Below are positions 49,816-59,156 of a DNA stretch of 64,000 bases, piece after piece (within the stretch, counting starts at the first letter, position 1; every line of letters begins with the position of its first letter). Location of the stretch: contig CAWEZH010000002.1 in assembly GCA_963813535.1 (NCBI GenBank), forward strand, positions 608,001 to 672,000, in the 5' to 3' direction. The translations under genes were made by a program, and so were the position numbers. Below the pieces are notes generated by a model. That model saw only the letters and a program-made list of their open reading frames with translations. It did not search any database and was not told the origin of the DNA. The stretch comes from an uncultured Chloroflexia bacterium. GTDB taxonomy: Bacteria; Chloroflexota; Limnocylindria; Limnocylindrales; CSP1-4.

Positions 49816-51063
49816 ATGCACGTTCGCTCGGTCGAGGGCGAGGAGCGGGTGACGCCGCTCGAGCTGTTCTTCGACCTCGTCTTCGTCTTCGCCCTCACGC
49901 AGGTCACGGGGTTCCTCGCCGCGAACGAAAGTGGGGAAGGGCTGGTTCGGGGCGGGCTCTTGCTCGCCGCGCTGTGGTGGGCATGGACGGCGTATGCCTG
50001 GCTGACGAACACCCTCGATCCCGAGGAAGGTGCCGTTCGTCTGGCGATGTTCGCTTCGGCGGGCGCCATGCTGATCGTCGCCCTCGCGACACCGGCGGCG
50101 TTCGGCGCCGAGGCTCTCGTGTTCGGTGTCGCCTATTTCTTCGTCCGTGCCCTTCACCTCGTCCTCTACGCGATCGCCAGCGGCGACGACCCGGAGCTGC
50201 ATGCGGCCGTCCTCCGATTCGTACCGGGCGCCGTACTCGGACCGTCGCTTCTCGTGGTCGCCAGCTTCTTCGACGGGCCGGTCGAGCTCGCGCTGTGGGC
50301 CGCGGCCTTGACGATCGACTACCTCAGCGCATTGCTGGGTCGAGGTCGCGGCTGGCGCCTGTCGCCGGCGCATTTCGTCGAGCGCCATGGGCTGATCATC
50401 ATCATCGCCCTGGGCGAGTCCATCGTCGCCACCGGGGTCGGCGCGGCCGGGCTGCCGCTCGACGCCCCGAGGATCGCGGCCGCTCTGCTAGGCATGGTCG
50501 TCGCCGCGGCGCTGTGGTGGTCCTACTTCGACTGGGTCATCTTCATCTCGGAGGCGAGGATCAGGGAGGCGACCGGTGCCGAGCGCGCGGACCTCGCGCG
50601 CGACCTCTTCTCGTACCTCCACATGCCGATGGTCTTCGGCATCGTCCTCTTTGCGCTCGGCATGAAGGCGACCCTTGGCCATGTCGAGGAGCCGCTGGGG
50701 ATCATCCCAGCCATCGGCCTGTGCGGAGGTCTGGCGCTGTACATGGCCGCGCACGTCGCCCTGCGGCTGCGGATCGGCGGCGGCTGGGGTCATGGTCGGC
50801 CGGTGGCGACGATCGTGCTGCTCGCCCTCATCCCGGTCGCCACCGTGGTGCCGGCGCTCGTTTCGCTCGCCCTTGCTGCCGCCGTTTGCACGACATTGAT
50901 CGCGTACGAAGCCCTTCGGTATCGGTACGCGCGCACATGGATCCGGGGCCATCGCGGTGAGTTCACGATGGAGGAGGTCGCACGCTACGCAGGTCCTGGG
51001 GGCGCACCATCCAACGCTCAGGAGGCCTCGACAGATCCGAACACCGATCGCCCTGCCGGGTAG
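49816..51063 (+). CDS. ltrA: Low temperature requirement protein A
   Basis: LELFFDLVFV, HFVERHGLIIIIALGESI, WWSYFD, YLH. Confidence 0.9.
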   Translation: MHVRSVEGEERVTPLELFFDLVFVFALTQVTGFLAANESGEGLVRGGLLLAALWWAWTAYAWLTNTLDPEEGAVRLAMFASAGAMLIVALATPAAFGAEALVFGVAYFFVRALHLVLYAIASGDDPELHAAVLRFVPGAVLGPSLLVVASFFDGPVELALWAAALTIDYLSALLGRGRGWRLSPAHFVERHGLIIIIALGESIVATGVGAAGLPLDAPRIAAALLGMVVAAALWWSYFDWVIFISEARIREATGAERADLARDLFSYLHMPMVFGIVLFALGMKATLGHVEEPLGIIPAIGLCGGLALYMAAHVALRLRIGGGWGHGRPVATIVLLALIPVATVVPALVSLALAAAVCTTLIAYEALRYRYARTWIRGHRGEFTMEEVARYAGPGGAPSNAQEASTDPNTDRPAG

Positions 51064-51088
51064 CGCCGGGCCTCGTCGTGACCGGCAG

Positions 51089-51649
51089 TCAGCCGTCGGT
51101 CTCGGGCGCCTCCATACGCTCGAGAAGGGCCAGCGTCGTCTGCCAGCTGCGAATCGTCATCGACTTGTACGGCGGCGTCCCGACGATCTTCCCGAGCCGG
51201 CTTTTAGTCCGTTCCGCGCTCAGCCGCTGGGAGTAGATCACGCCGGTTCCCGGCCACACCTCATCGACGCCGGACCGCGGGTCGAAGACCTTCATCGCCG
51301 TCCGGGCGTCGATACCCATGAGGAAGACCGCGTCGCTGTGGTACGTCTCCGGATGGTCGCCGAAGCCCTTCGGTCGCTTCCGGACCACAGCGCGAAGCTG
51401 GGCCAGCGTCAGGACCAGCACCGCGATCAGCTCGCTATCGAGCTTGAACGTCTTGGGCAGCGCTTCCTCGAGCTCTCGCTTGATCGCGGCCGCGGACTGA
51501 TCGGATGTCAGGATGACGTTGCCGCTGGCGATGTAGGTCGAGACCTTCGTGTGGCCGTGCGATTCGAGAAGCTCGCGCAGGGCCGCCATCGGCACCTTGT
51601 TCTTGCCGCCGACGTTGATCCCGCGCAGAAGGACGAGGTATCGGGTCAT
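51089..51649 (-). CDS. DUF1697 family protein
   Basis: LLRGINVGGKNKVPM, TYIASGNV, TIRSWQT. Confidence 0.9.
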   Translation of the reverse strand: MTRYLVLLRGINVGGKNKVPMAALRELLESHGHTKVSTYIASGNVILTSDQSAAAIKRELEEALPKTFKLDSELIAVLVLTLAQLRAVVRKRPKGFGDHPETYHSDAVFLMGIDARTAMKVFDPRSGVDEVWPGTGVIYSQRLSAERTKSRLGKIVGTPPYKSMTIRSWQTTLALLERMEAPETDG

Positions 51650-51691
51650 CGTGGGCAGGAGGATGTCACGCGGCTCGCCGACGAGTCCGGC

Positions 51692-52159
51692 TCAGCGTTT
51701 GCCGAAACCGGGCATGGCCGCGGCTTGCTCCATCCAGGACGAGAGCTGGCGTTCATCGATGTCGTCCACCGATTCGAGGTCGACGCCGCGCGAGGCCTTG
51801 CCCATCCCGATCGGCGTCACCGGCGGTACAGGGGTCAGGGACGTGCCGCGCCCGAACGTGAGCTTGACGTGGCCCTCGAAGCCGCCGCACGAAAAGCACC
51901 AACCGTCGCCGACGCCATACCAGGCCATACCCCATTTCACGGAGCGCTGCAGGTCCGGTAGCGTCTTGGCCGCGAGGGCATCGACGCGTTCGGCGATGGA
52001 GCGTTGCGGCTGCGGCAAGCTGCCGATGTAGGCGAAGACCGGCTTGTCGCCAATTGCGGCCTTGGCGGGGCTTGCCCTCCCAGTCATGGCGGCCGGCAGC
52101 GTCGTGAGGACGTCGCCGTGCTCGGCGGTTCGCTTGGTGGGCTTGCGCGCCTGGACCAT
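51692..52159 (-). CDS. DUF1801 family protein
   Basis: V.AYI..LPQPQR, VKWGMAWY, HVKLTF.RG. Confidence 0.8.
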   Translation of the reverse strand: MVQARKPTKRTAEHGDVLTTLPAAMTGRASPAKAAIGDKPVFAYIGSLPQPQRSIAERVDALAAKTLPDLQRSVKWGMAWYGVGDGWCFSCGGFEGHVKLTFGRGTSLTPVPPVTPIGMGKASRGVDLESVDDIDERQLSSWMEQAAAMPGFGKR

Positions 52160-52687
52160 CTACGCCTCCGCTAGTTGCCCCCGCATGAGCGCTCGCCCAG
52201 TGTCGATCGCCCAGATCGGGAAGCCGAAATAGAACGCACCAAGGAGTCCGTTGCGCAGACCGTTGGGCAGGACGCCAGCCCGGCGAGCCAGGTACCCGGT
52301 ACCGACCATCCACACGCCGACCGCAAGGAGTGACAGCGACACCATGCCGATCTGCTGATCGAACGCCAGTGCACCCGTGACGAGCAACCACTGAAGGACG
52401 ATCGTGACGAAGATGCCGAGCGCGCCGACCACCGCGAGCAAGAGACTTCGGACGCCTCCCGTCTCGCGCACCAGGACGTACATCGTGGGAATCACGGGCA
52501 GTACCAGCCCGTAGGCGACGATCGCCAGGGCATCGTTGACCGTTCCGATCCGGAGCGCCGTCTGGCGGACACTCGGCCCAAGCGCGAATCCGACGTACAT
52601 GGCGACGAGCGTCGCCACCATCGCAATCCCGACGACCCCGCCCGCCACAGCCAGGGCGCCTGCCACGGTGAAGGTCCGCTCCCGCAC
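52160..52687 (-). CDS. Hypothetical multi-TM membrane protein
   Basis: Hydrophobic helices; CACAAT -10 lies 6 nt upstream of GTG 52687. Confidence 0.65.
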   Translation of the reverse strand: MRERTFTVAGALAVAGGVVGIAMVATLVAMYVGFALGPSVRQTALRIGTVNDALAIVAYGLVLPVIPTMYVLVRETGGVRSLLLAVVGALGIFVTIVLQWLLVTGALAFDQQIGMVSLSLLAVGVWMVGTGYLARRAGVLPNGLRNGLLGAFYFGFPIWAIDTGRALMRGQLAEA

Positions 52688-52748
52688 CCTCACATTGTGA
52701 GGCAACCGAGGACTCGAGTGAGGCGATCCGGCGTGCACTCTCGCGTTG

Positions 52749-52776
52749 CGCAGACATAACTCACCTTATCGGAAGT
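52749..52776 (-). other. Degenerate dif-like XerC/XerD site
   Basis: ACTTCCGATAA-GGTGAG-TTATGTCTGCG: 11-6-11 layout with an ATAA/TTAT core. Confidence 0.5.
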
Positions 52777-52817
52777 GAATGACGGCTCGTCATATCCGCC
52801 TACGCGCTAAGCCGTTG

Positions 52818-53102
52818 TCAAGTTGCGAAAACGAACAAGATGGCCAGGATCGCGGCGACGCTGTACACGACGACCCCCACGACGACGAAGCCGATCGCCA
52901 ATCCCGCGCCAAACTTGATCGCCGTCCGGAGTGGGACGTCGAATGGGCCGGGTGGGGGCGGCAAGCCCGGAGCCGACCCTCCCCATACCTGGAACGACGT
53001 ACCGCACTGCGAGCAGAAGTTCGCCCCCACGTGCCGGATCGCCTGACACGTCGGGCAGCGAGGCTCGCTGGTCGTCGCGGGGTCAGGCGTGCTGGTGGTC
53101 AC
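52818..53102 (-). CDS. Zinc-ribbon protein with C-terminal TM helix
   Basis: CPTC..ANFCSQCG; TAGGCT -10 lies 6 nt upstream of the GTG. Confidence 0.75.
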   Translation of the reverse strand: MTTSTPDPATTSEPRCPTCQAIRHVGANFCSQCGTSFQVWGGSAPGLPPPPGPFDVPLRTAIKFGAGLAIGFVVVGVVVYSVAAILAILFVFAT

Positions 53103-53170
53103 TGGGCCAGCCTAACTTGTCACGATCGGCCCAAGCGAACGACGGCGAGGATTCGCCTGCTCGGCTTGCG

Positions 53171-54274
53171 TCAGCTGGAGTCCGCGGGGCCGACGGGCGC
53201 GATCGCGCCAGTCTCGGTGATCGGCTTGGGCGGCCCGAGCCGCCAGATCGACCGGGTCAGGCCGGGCGCCGCCACGAACATGATGGCGAAGGCGACGATG
53301 ACGACGAGCAGGGCGAGCGGGATGCCGGTCACGATGACCATGCTCTTCGCTCCGGTGGTGAGCGCGCCGTAGAACAGCGCAGCGACGACGACACCGCTGG
53401 GTCGCGAGCCAGCGAGCAGGGTGAGGGCGATGGCGACGTAGCCCAGGTCGTTCTGTGGTCCGCCCGAGAAGCCGCCGGCGGGCCCGAGGCCGAAGAACGC
53501 GCTGCCCATGCCGACCAGCCCTCCGGACAGCGACATCGCCAGCATCGTGGTCCGGCCCGGCCGCATGCCGGCGCCGCGGGCGGCGGTGCGGCTGAAACCG
53601 GTTGCCCGGAGCTCGAAGCCGCGGGTGGTCCGGAACAGCAGCAAGGACACGACGACGGCCATCGCGACCGCGACCACGAAGCCGTAGTCGACGCGGATCG
53701 TCGGCAGGTCGATGACCCGCGGCACGGCGGGGATCGCCGGCGGCGGCCCCGAGAAAGGGATCAGCCCGACGATGAGGAACGCGAGGTTCGGCGCCACGCC
53801 GTTGAGCATCAGCGTGGTGATGACCTCGTGCGCCCCCGTCCGGGCCTTGAGGAAGCCGGGAACGAACCCATACGCTCCCCCGGCGATGGTCCCACCGAGC
53901 AGCGCGGCCATCAGGGCGAGAGACGGCGGCAGGTACCCCGCCACGAACGTCGCCGTGATCGCGGCACCCAGGCCGCCGATGAGGAACTGCCCGTCCGCTC
54001 CGAGGTTGATCAGGCCGGCGTGGAACGACACGGCGAGGCCCAGGCCGACGAAGATGAACGGCGTGGCGCTGACCAGGGTTTCGGAGATGGGTCGGATGGC
54101 TGCCGCGATGTCGTCGGCGTTACCGCTCTGGATCGCGACGACGATGCGACCCGGGTCGCCGATCGCCCCAGAGAACATCGCGCGGTAGCCGTCGAACACG
54201 CCAGCGAGTGCGCCACCGATCGCCGCGGCCGGATCGGTGCCGATGTGTCGTAGGTGCTCGAAGTCGGTCAGCAC
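53171..54274 (-). CDS. ABC transporter permease (nucleoside/sugar CUT2 type); true start may be near 54340
   Basis: TPFIFVGLG..AGLINLGADGQF, HEVITTLMLN, GFELRATG; frame stays open upstream (LRPALVPALALV). Confidence 0.8.
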   Translation of the reverse strand: MLTDFEHLRHIGTDPAAAIGGALAGVFDGYRAMFSGAIGDPGRIVVAIQSGNADDIAAAIRPISETLVSATPFIFVGLGLAVSFHAGLINLGADGQFLIGGLGAAITATFVAGYLPPSLALMAALLGGTIAGGAYGFVPGFLKARTGAHEVITTLMLNGVAPNLAFLIVGLIPFSGPPPAIPAVPRVIDLPTIRVDYGFVVAVAMAVVVSLLLFRTTRGFELRATGFSRTAARGAGMRPGRTTMLAMSLSGGLVGMGSAFFGLGPAGGFSGGPQNDLGYVAIALTLLAGSRPSGVVVAALFYGALTTGAKSMVIVTGIPLALLVVIVAFAIMFVAAPGLTRSIWRLGPPKPITETGAIAPVGPADSS

Positions 54275-54347
54275 GATGACGATCGCGCCCAGGAAGAAGG
54301 CCGTGACCAGCGCGAGTGCCGGGACAAGTGCGGGACGCAGCTCGCCC

Positions 54348-54752
54348 CTACCCTCGGTACTCGCTGATCTCGAACAGGTGCCCGTCGGGATCGCGGAAGA
54401 AGCAGCGCGTCTCCGCGCCGTGGGTCACCGGTGGCGTCAGGAAGACCGCGTCGCGCTCCTTGAGATCCTCGTATGCGGCCTGGCAGTCGTCGACGCGCAT
54501 GGTGAACAGGTTGTCGCGCACGTCCGGGTCGACCGGCGGCGCGAGCGTGACGTCGGGCTTGTCGTCGGTCGGCTCACCACCGGTCACGATCAGCAGCCAT
54601 GCGGTCCCGAGGCTGAGCACGACCGACGTACCGCCGTACTCGCCATACAGGCTCGCGCCGAGGACATCGAGGTACCACGCCTTCGACCGCGCGAGGTCGG
54701 AGACGACGAGGATGTGCGTCACGGCCAGATCGGGCGGCGGGAAGACGCTCAC
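54348..54752 (-). CDS. VOC/glyoxalase family protein
   Basis: THILVVSDLARSKAWY, RCFFRDPDGHLFEISE. Confidence 0.85.
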   Translation of the reverse strand: MSVFPPPDLAVTHILVVSDLARSKAWYLDVLGASLYGEYGGTSVVLSLGTAWLLIVTGGEPTDDKPDVTLAPPVDPDVRDNLFTMRVDDCQAAYEDLKERDAVFLTPPVTHGAETRCFFRDPDGHLFEISEYRG

Positions 54753-54811
54753 GAGGGTCTCCTGATCGTCACGGCCGTCATCGTGCCACGCTCGACGGCC
54801 CGGTGACGCCC

Positions 54812-55631
54812 CTACCCCGGACAGGCGAACGCGAAGTAGATCGGGATGTCGAGGCCGACGTGGACAGCGATCGGGATCAGCAGGGACCGGGTCCGGATGG
54901 TGACGAGGCCGGCGAGTAGTCCGCCGAGACCCATGGCCAGCATCAGCGGCACCTGGAAGGCGACGACGTCGGTCCCGGAGTGCGCGAGCCCGAAGACGAC
55001 GGCCTGCCCGATGAGCGCAGGCCCGATGCCCATGACCCGTCCCGACCAGCTCATGAGCGCGCCCCGGTAGATGACCTCCTCCATCACGCCGTTCGAGACC
55101 GCGAAGATCGCGGCGGGCACGAGCGCCCCAGCGACGAGCACGTAGGACACGTCGCCGAAGAACGGTCTGGCCAGGTAGGGTCCGATCAGCAGCGCCACCG
55201 GACCCGCCGCGAGGAACCCGACGATCGCCCAGCGGATCCACCGACGCGCCGGCCAGCGGAGATACAGCGTCGCCGGAACCGCGCGCAGCACCAGCGCGAC
55301 GATCGTCAACGAGACGAGCACGACGACCGCCTCGAGCGCTCGCCAGGTGGCGACCGGTGACGCCGGGTCCTGCGCAGCTGCCGAGATCCGTGGCGATGAC
55401 CGGTGCCGCAAGCGTTCCCCAGAACAGGCTGACCGCGACGGGCACAGCGCCCGCCCAGGTCCAGCGCACTGGCGCGTCGCGGGCGACGGCGATGGCCGTG
55501 CCGACGGCGAGCACGAGCAGCAACGGCAGACGCGCCTGCGGCACGGCCGCAGCGACGGCCAGCAACCCGATCGGGATGAGCGAGCGGGCCAGCTCGGCCG
55601 GCTCGAACGGGAGCGTCCGTGTGGCGGCCAC
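54812..55631 (-). CDS. CPBP intramembrane protease (frameshift near 55370)
   Basis: EEVIYRG, FGLAH, HVGLD; N-terminal TM part in another frame. Confidence 0.75.
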
Positions 55632-55656
55632 GGCGACTACCCCTCCCCCGCTCGGG

Positions 55657-56628
55657 TCAGACGTTGCTTCCGGTGACGATGACGAGCGCCGCGCCGTCCC
55701 GCGGCGGGTCGGCGAGCAGGCCGGCCCACGATGCGGCCGCCGCGCCCTCGACGGTCACGCCGAGCGCCTCGGTCAGTTCGTCCTGTGCCTCGTGCAGTGC
55801 CGCCTCCCCCACCGTGAGCATCGCGTCGACCCGGCCGAACATCAGCTCCACGGCGCGCGGGATCGCGATGCGCGAGGCGATGCCGTCCGCGTACGTGGCC
55901 GCGCGCTCGGTGTCGATCGCCCGTCCCGCGGCGAACGAGCGTGTCATGGCGTCGGCGCCCTCGGCCTGGACGCCCACCACGCGAGTCGACGGCGATGCGT
56001 GCCGGAACCACGATCCGACGCCGTCGATCAGCGCGCCATTGCCGACCGGGATGGATGCGACCGCGATCGCCGGCAACACGCCTGCCTCGACGGCGTCCGT
56101 GAGCTCGAGCGCGAGGCTCGCCGCCCCTGCCGCGATACGCGGATCGTCACCGTCGACCAGCAGCTCGGCATCGTTCGCCGCCACATACGCCTCCGAGGCG
56201 CCACGCGCGTCATCGAAATCGTCACCTTCCTCGATGACCGTGGCGCCGAGGCCGCGCATCCGGGCGATCTTCGCGCGATTGGCGTTGCGCGAGGTGAAGA
56301 CGACGGCCGGGATCGCCAGCGCCCGTGCGGCATAGGCGACGCCCTGGCCGAAGTTCCCGGCCGAGGCCACGACCACGGGTCGTTGCGCGCCGATCCTCCC
56401 CTCCCCCGCCAGACCGTGCACGGCCACCCACGTCCCGCGGCCCTTGAACGCCCGGATCGGGTTGACCGTCTCGACCTTCACGACGACCTGGACGCCGAGC
56501 CTGGCGGTCAGCCCCTCGTGGACGTACTGCGGCGAGCCGGTGAAGGCCGGGTCGATGGTCGCGGCCGTGGCGCGGATCGCCTCGGGTGTGAGCTCGGGGA
56601 TCGCGATCGGGTTCGGCGCGTCAGGCAT
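55657..56628 (-). CDS. PLP-dependent threonine/serine dehydratase-family enzyme
   Basis: KVETVNPIRAFKGRG, ASAGNFGQG, PVGNGALIDG, TGSN. Confidence 0.85.
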   Translation of the reverse strand: MPDAPNPIAIPELTPEAIRATAATIDPAFTGSPQYVHEGLTARLGVQVVVKVETVNPIRAFKGRGTWVAVHGLAGEGRIGAQRPVVVASAGNFGQGVAYAARALAIPAVVFTSRNANRAKIARMRGLGATVIEEGDDFDDARGASEAYVAANDAELLVDGDDPRIAAGAASLALELTDAVEAGVLPAIAVASIPVGNGALIDGVGSWFRHASPSTRVVGVQAEGADAMTRSFAAGRAIDTERAATYADGIASRIAIPRAVELMFGRVDAMLTVGEAALHEAQDELTEALGVTVEGAAAASWAGLLADPPRDGAALVIVTGSNV

Positions 56629-56634
56629 CGCGCA

Positions 56635-58755
56635 TCAGTCGGGCAGGCTGGGCAGGAGCGGCGCGAGGTACGGCGCCAGGGCGCGGGCGAATGGCGTGGT
56701 CATGTGATGGGCGTCGCGATACACGAGCACGCGCCCGATGACTGCCGGGCACGGCTCCGTCGGGCACAGCCAGGGCGCGGGATCGATGAACGTCGCCCCC
56801 ATCTCGGCCGTCACCGCCTTCTCGGTCGCCGCCCGCTCGAGCCCGAGCGCCTTTGACATGGGCGTGGCGCACGCGAGCGCGTCGTCCAGGTGATCCGAGA
56901 GACAGACTGGCGCGTCTCTCGCCGGCCGGGGTGTGTCGCCGATGACGACGACGCGGTCGGCGACCTTCTCGATGGCCCGGATGGACCGCTCGAGTCCTGT
57001 CGCCCACAGATCCTCCCGGTCGCCCGATGGGACCGCGGCACCGTCGACCCAGAACTGGCCGGTCCGGCTGTCCGAGATCACCACCATCGCCGGCTTTTCG
57101 GCTCCGATGCGATCGAGGACGGCGGCCCGCCACGCATCGCACTCGGCGTACTCGCGCTTGAGTGCCGTGTTGTACACCGGGAGGTCGGCCACCGGACAGG
57201 CGGATTTCGTGAGTGAGATGAACCGCCAATCCTGCTCCTCGGCGAGGCGCTGGAGCGTGGGAAACCAGTGCGCCGCATGTGAATCACCGATCAGCACGAC
57301 CGTGCTCGACCCATCCGACCGCCCGTAGACGCAGTCGGGCGGGCTGGTCTCGCGCCACTCAGCGTGGCACGCGTCGGCGTAGATGACCGGGATGTCGTCG
57401 CGGACCGTCGCAAGCGGCGGGACGAGGTCGGCGGGGACCGGTCCACCAGGCGTCGGGGCGAGCGTCGGCTCGGCCGGCGGGCTGCTCGGGGGGCCGCTTG
57501 GCGGCGCCTGGGTGCCGCTCGGCGTCGCCAGCGTCGGGCTCGGTGTCGTCAGCTCGACCTCGACGTCGCCGGTATTCGGCGCTGCGGCCGTCGCCGGTAG
57601 GGCCACGACGCCTGCCCCGAGCGACACTCCCGCGACCAGCAGGCTGGTGACACCGGCGACCGCCAGCGATCTCGACGGTCGAAGCCTCGCAGCACCGCCG
57701 TGGCGGATCGGATCCTCGATCCAGCGCCTGCTCGCCTCGGCTAGCAGGAACGTCACCCCGACGAGCCCCAGCCGGACCGGCCCTGGCAACGCTGCGCCGA
57801 CGGCCGCCGCCGGGAGGACGAGCAGCGGCCAGTGCCACAGGTAGAGCGAGTACGAGATGCCGCCGATCCAGCGCATCGGGCGGATCGCGACGAGCCGCGA
57901 CAGCGGATTGAGTGGTTGCGGCAGCCCGCCGAGGATGACCAGCGCGGCGCCGACGACCGGCAGCAGGGCGGCTGTGCCCGGGAACGGCGTCGCGGTGTCG
58001 AAGACGACGCCACCGATGCCGATGAGCAGGAGACCGAGGGCGACCGAGGCCGTGGCGACCGACCCCGGCAGGCGCGCGAGACGGGTCATGCCCAGCGCCA
58101 GTGCGGCACCGACCGCCAGCTCCCAGGCACGTGACGGGAGGAGGAAGAACGCCAACGGCGCGTCGGTCGACGTCCAGACCAGACCGAGGACGAACGAGGC
58201 GATCGCGACGATCCCGACCGTCAGCCCGATCCGGCGCAGGACGACGCTGCGACCCGCGACGAGGAACAGGAGCGCCGGCCAGAAGAGGTAGAACTGCTCC
58301 TCGACGCCGAGCGACCAGAAGTGCAGCAGCGGTGACGGGTCCAGTTCCGCCTGCAGGTAGTCGGTCGCCTGCGCCGCGAAGCGGATGTTGCTGACGTACA
58401 GCGCCGCGGCCGCGCCATCGCCCGCGACATCGACCATGCGCAGCGGTGGCAGCACGATGGCCGAAGCGATGACGGTGACCGCGATGACCACGAGCGCCGC
58501 GGGCAGCAACCGTCGGGCGCGGCGGGCGTAGAACGCCGGCAGGTCGACCCGGCCGGTCGACTGCAGCTCGCGCACGATGAGCCCGGTGATCAGGAACCCG
58601 GAGACGACGTAGAAGACGTCGACGCCGATGTAGCCGCCCGTCAGCCCCGGGATGCGCGCGTGATACGCGAGCACGAGGAGGACGGCGATGGCGCGCAGGC
58701 CTTCGATATCGGGGCGGAACGGCGCGCGGGCGTCGTTCGGCGGGGGCGATGCCAC
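56635..58755 (-). CDS. Acyltransferase-3/SGNH fusion (OatA/OafA-like O-acetyltransferase)
   Basis: FRPDIEGLRA, GVDVFYVVSGFLI, HFWSLGVEEQFY, GDSHA, DAHH; TACCAT -10 lies 7 nt upstream of GTG 58755. Confidence 0.9.
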   Translation of the reverse strand: MASPPPNDARAPFRPDIEGLRAIAVLLVLAYHARIPGLTGGYIGVDVFYVVSGFLITGLIVRELQSTGRVDLPAFYARRARRLLPAALVVIAVTVIASAIVLPPLRMVDVAGDGAAAALYVSNIRFAAQATDYLQAELDPSPLLHFWSLGVEEQFYLFWPALLFLVAGRSVVLRRIGLTVGIVAIASFVLGLVWTSTDAPLAFFLLPSRAWELAVGAALALGMTRLARLPGSVATASVALGLLLIGIGGVVFDTATPFPGTAALLPVVGAALVILGGLPQPLNPLSRLVAIRPMRWIGGISYSLYLWHWPLLVLPAAAVGAALPGPVRLGLVGVTFLLAEASRRWIEDPIRHGGAARLRPSRSLAVAGVTSLLVAGVSLGAGVVALPATAAAPNTGDVEVELTTPSPTLATPSGTQAPPSGPPSSPPAEPTLAPTPGGPVPADLVPPLATVRDDIPVIYADACHAEWRETSPPDCVYGRSDGSSTVVLIGDSHAAHWFPTLQRLAEEQDWRFISLTKSACPVADLPVYNTALKREYAECDAWRAAVLDRIGAEKPAMVVISDSRTGQFWVDGAAVPSGDREDLWATGLERSIRAIEKVADRVVVIGDTPRPARDAPVCLSDHLDDALACATPMSKALGLERAATEKAVTAEMGATFIDPAPWLCPTEPCPAVIGRVLVYRDAHHMTTPFARALAPYLAPLLPSLPD

Positions 58756-58801
58756 GGATGGGATGGTACCCGCGCCGTGCTGGGTCGGTCCCCGATCGAG
58801 G

Positions 58802-58898
58802 CTTCGGGACATGAAAGTGCCCGAAGGAACTGGTCCGTAGCCCTCAGCATCGATGTAAACACCTATGCCGCTACTTGCGGTCCTGCCCCTTCGGGCAC
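58802..58898 (-). ncRNA. Putative structured small RNA, copy 1
   Basis: Rod hairpin UGCCCGAAGGGGC/GUUCCUUCGGGCA with apex GGUG-UUUA-CAUC; promoter-like motif directly upstream; paralog 252 bp away. Confidence 0.55.
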
Positions 58899-58903
58899 GA
58901 CCT

Positions 58904-58999
58904 ACGGTACGGCCGGGCCGTCCCCATGGGAAGCGATTTATCCACCAATTTCCAGATTCAGGGGTCGTTCTGGGTCGATCCGTCCACCGCCAATCCACC
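58904..58999 (-). promoter_or_regulatory. Sigma70-like promoter with three DnaA-box-like 9-mers, unit 1
   Basis: TTCCCA-N17-TACCGT; plus-strand TTATCCACC 58938, CCGTCCACC 58980, CAATCCACC 58991. Confidence 0.5.
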
Positions 59000-59053
59000 G
59001 TCTGGCGGTTCGCGACTGGACCGCGCACGACCCTGGGCCGGGTCGCGCTGGCG

Positions 59054-59150
59054 TCGGGCACAAGCAAATGCCCGAAGGAACTCGATCACTAGACGCTCCA
59101 ACCAATGTAAACACCGGTCAGATCGCTAGATGTTCGTGCCCCTTCGGGCA
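59054..59150 (-). ncRNA. Putative structured small RNA, copy 2
   Basis: Same terminal stem and GGUG-UUUA-CAUU apex; middle stem differs in sequence but still pairs. Confidence 0.55.
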
Positions 59151-59156
59151 GGTCCT

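Noticed and set aside
54348-55631. 427-aa apparent membrane-VOC fusion
   Set aside because: Artefact of the frameshift near 55370, which joins the CPBP N-terminus to the VOC reading frame.
58756-59067. N-terminal extension of the acyltransferase (810-aa ORF)
   Set aside because: Non-protein-like sequence running through the repeat units; a -10 and GTG at 58755 give a normal N-terminus just before FRPDIEGLR.
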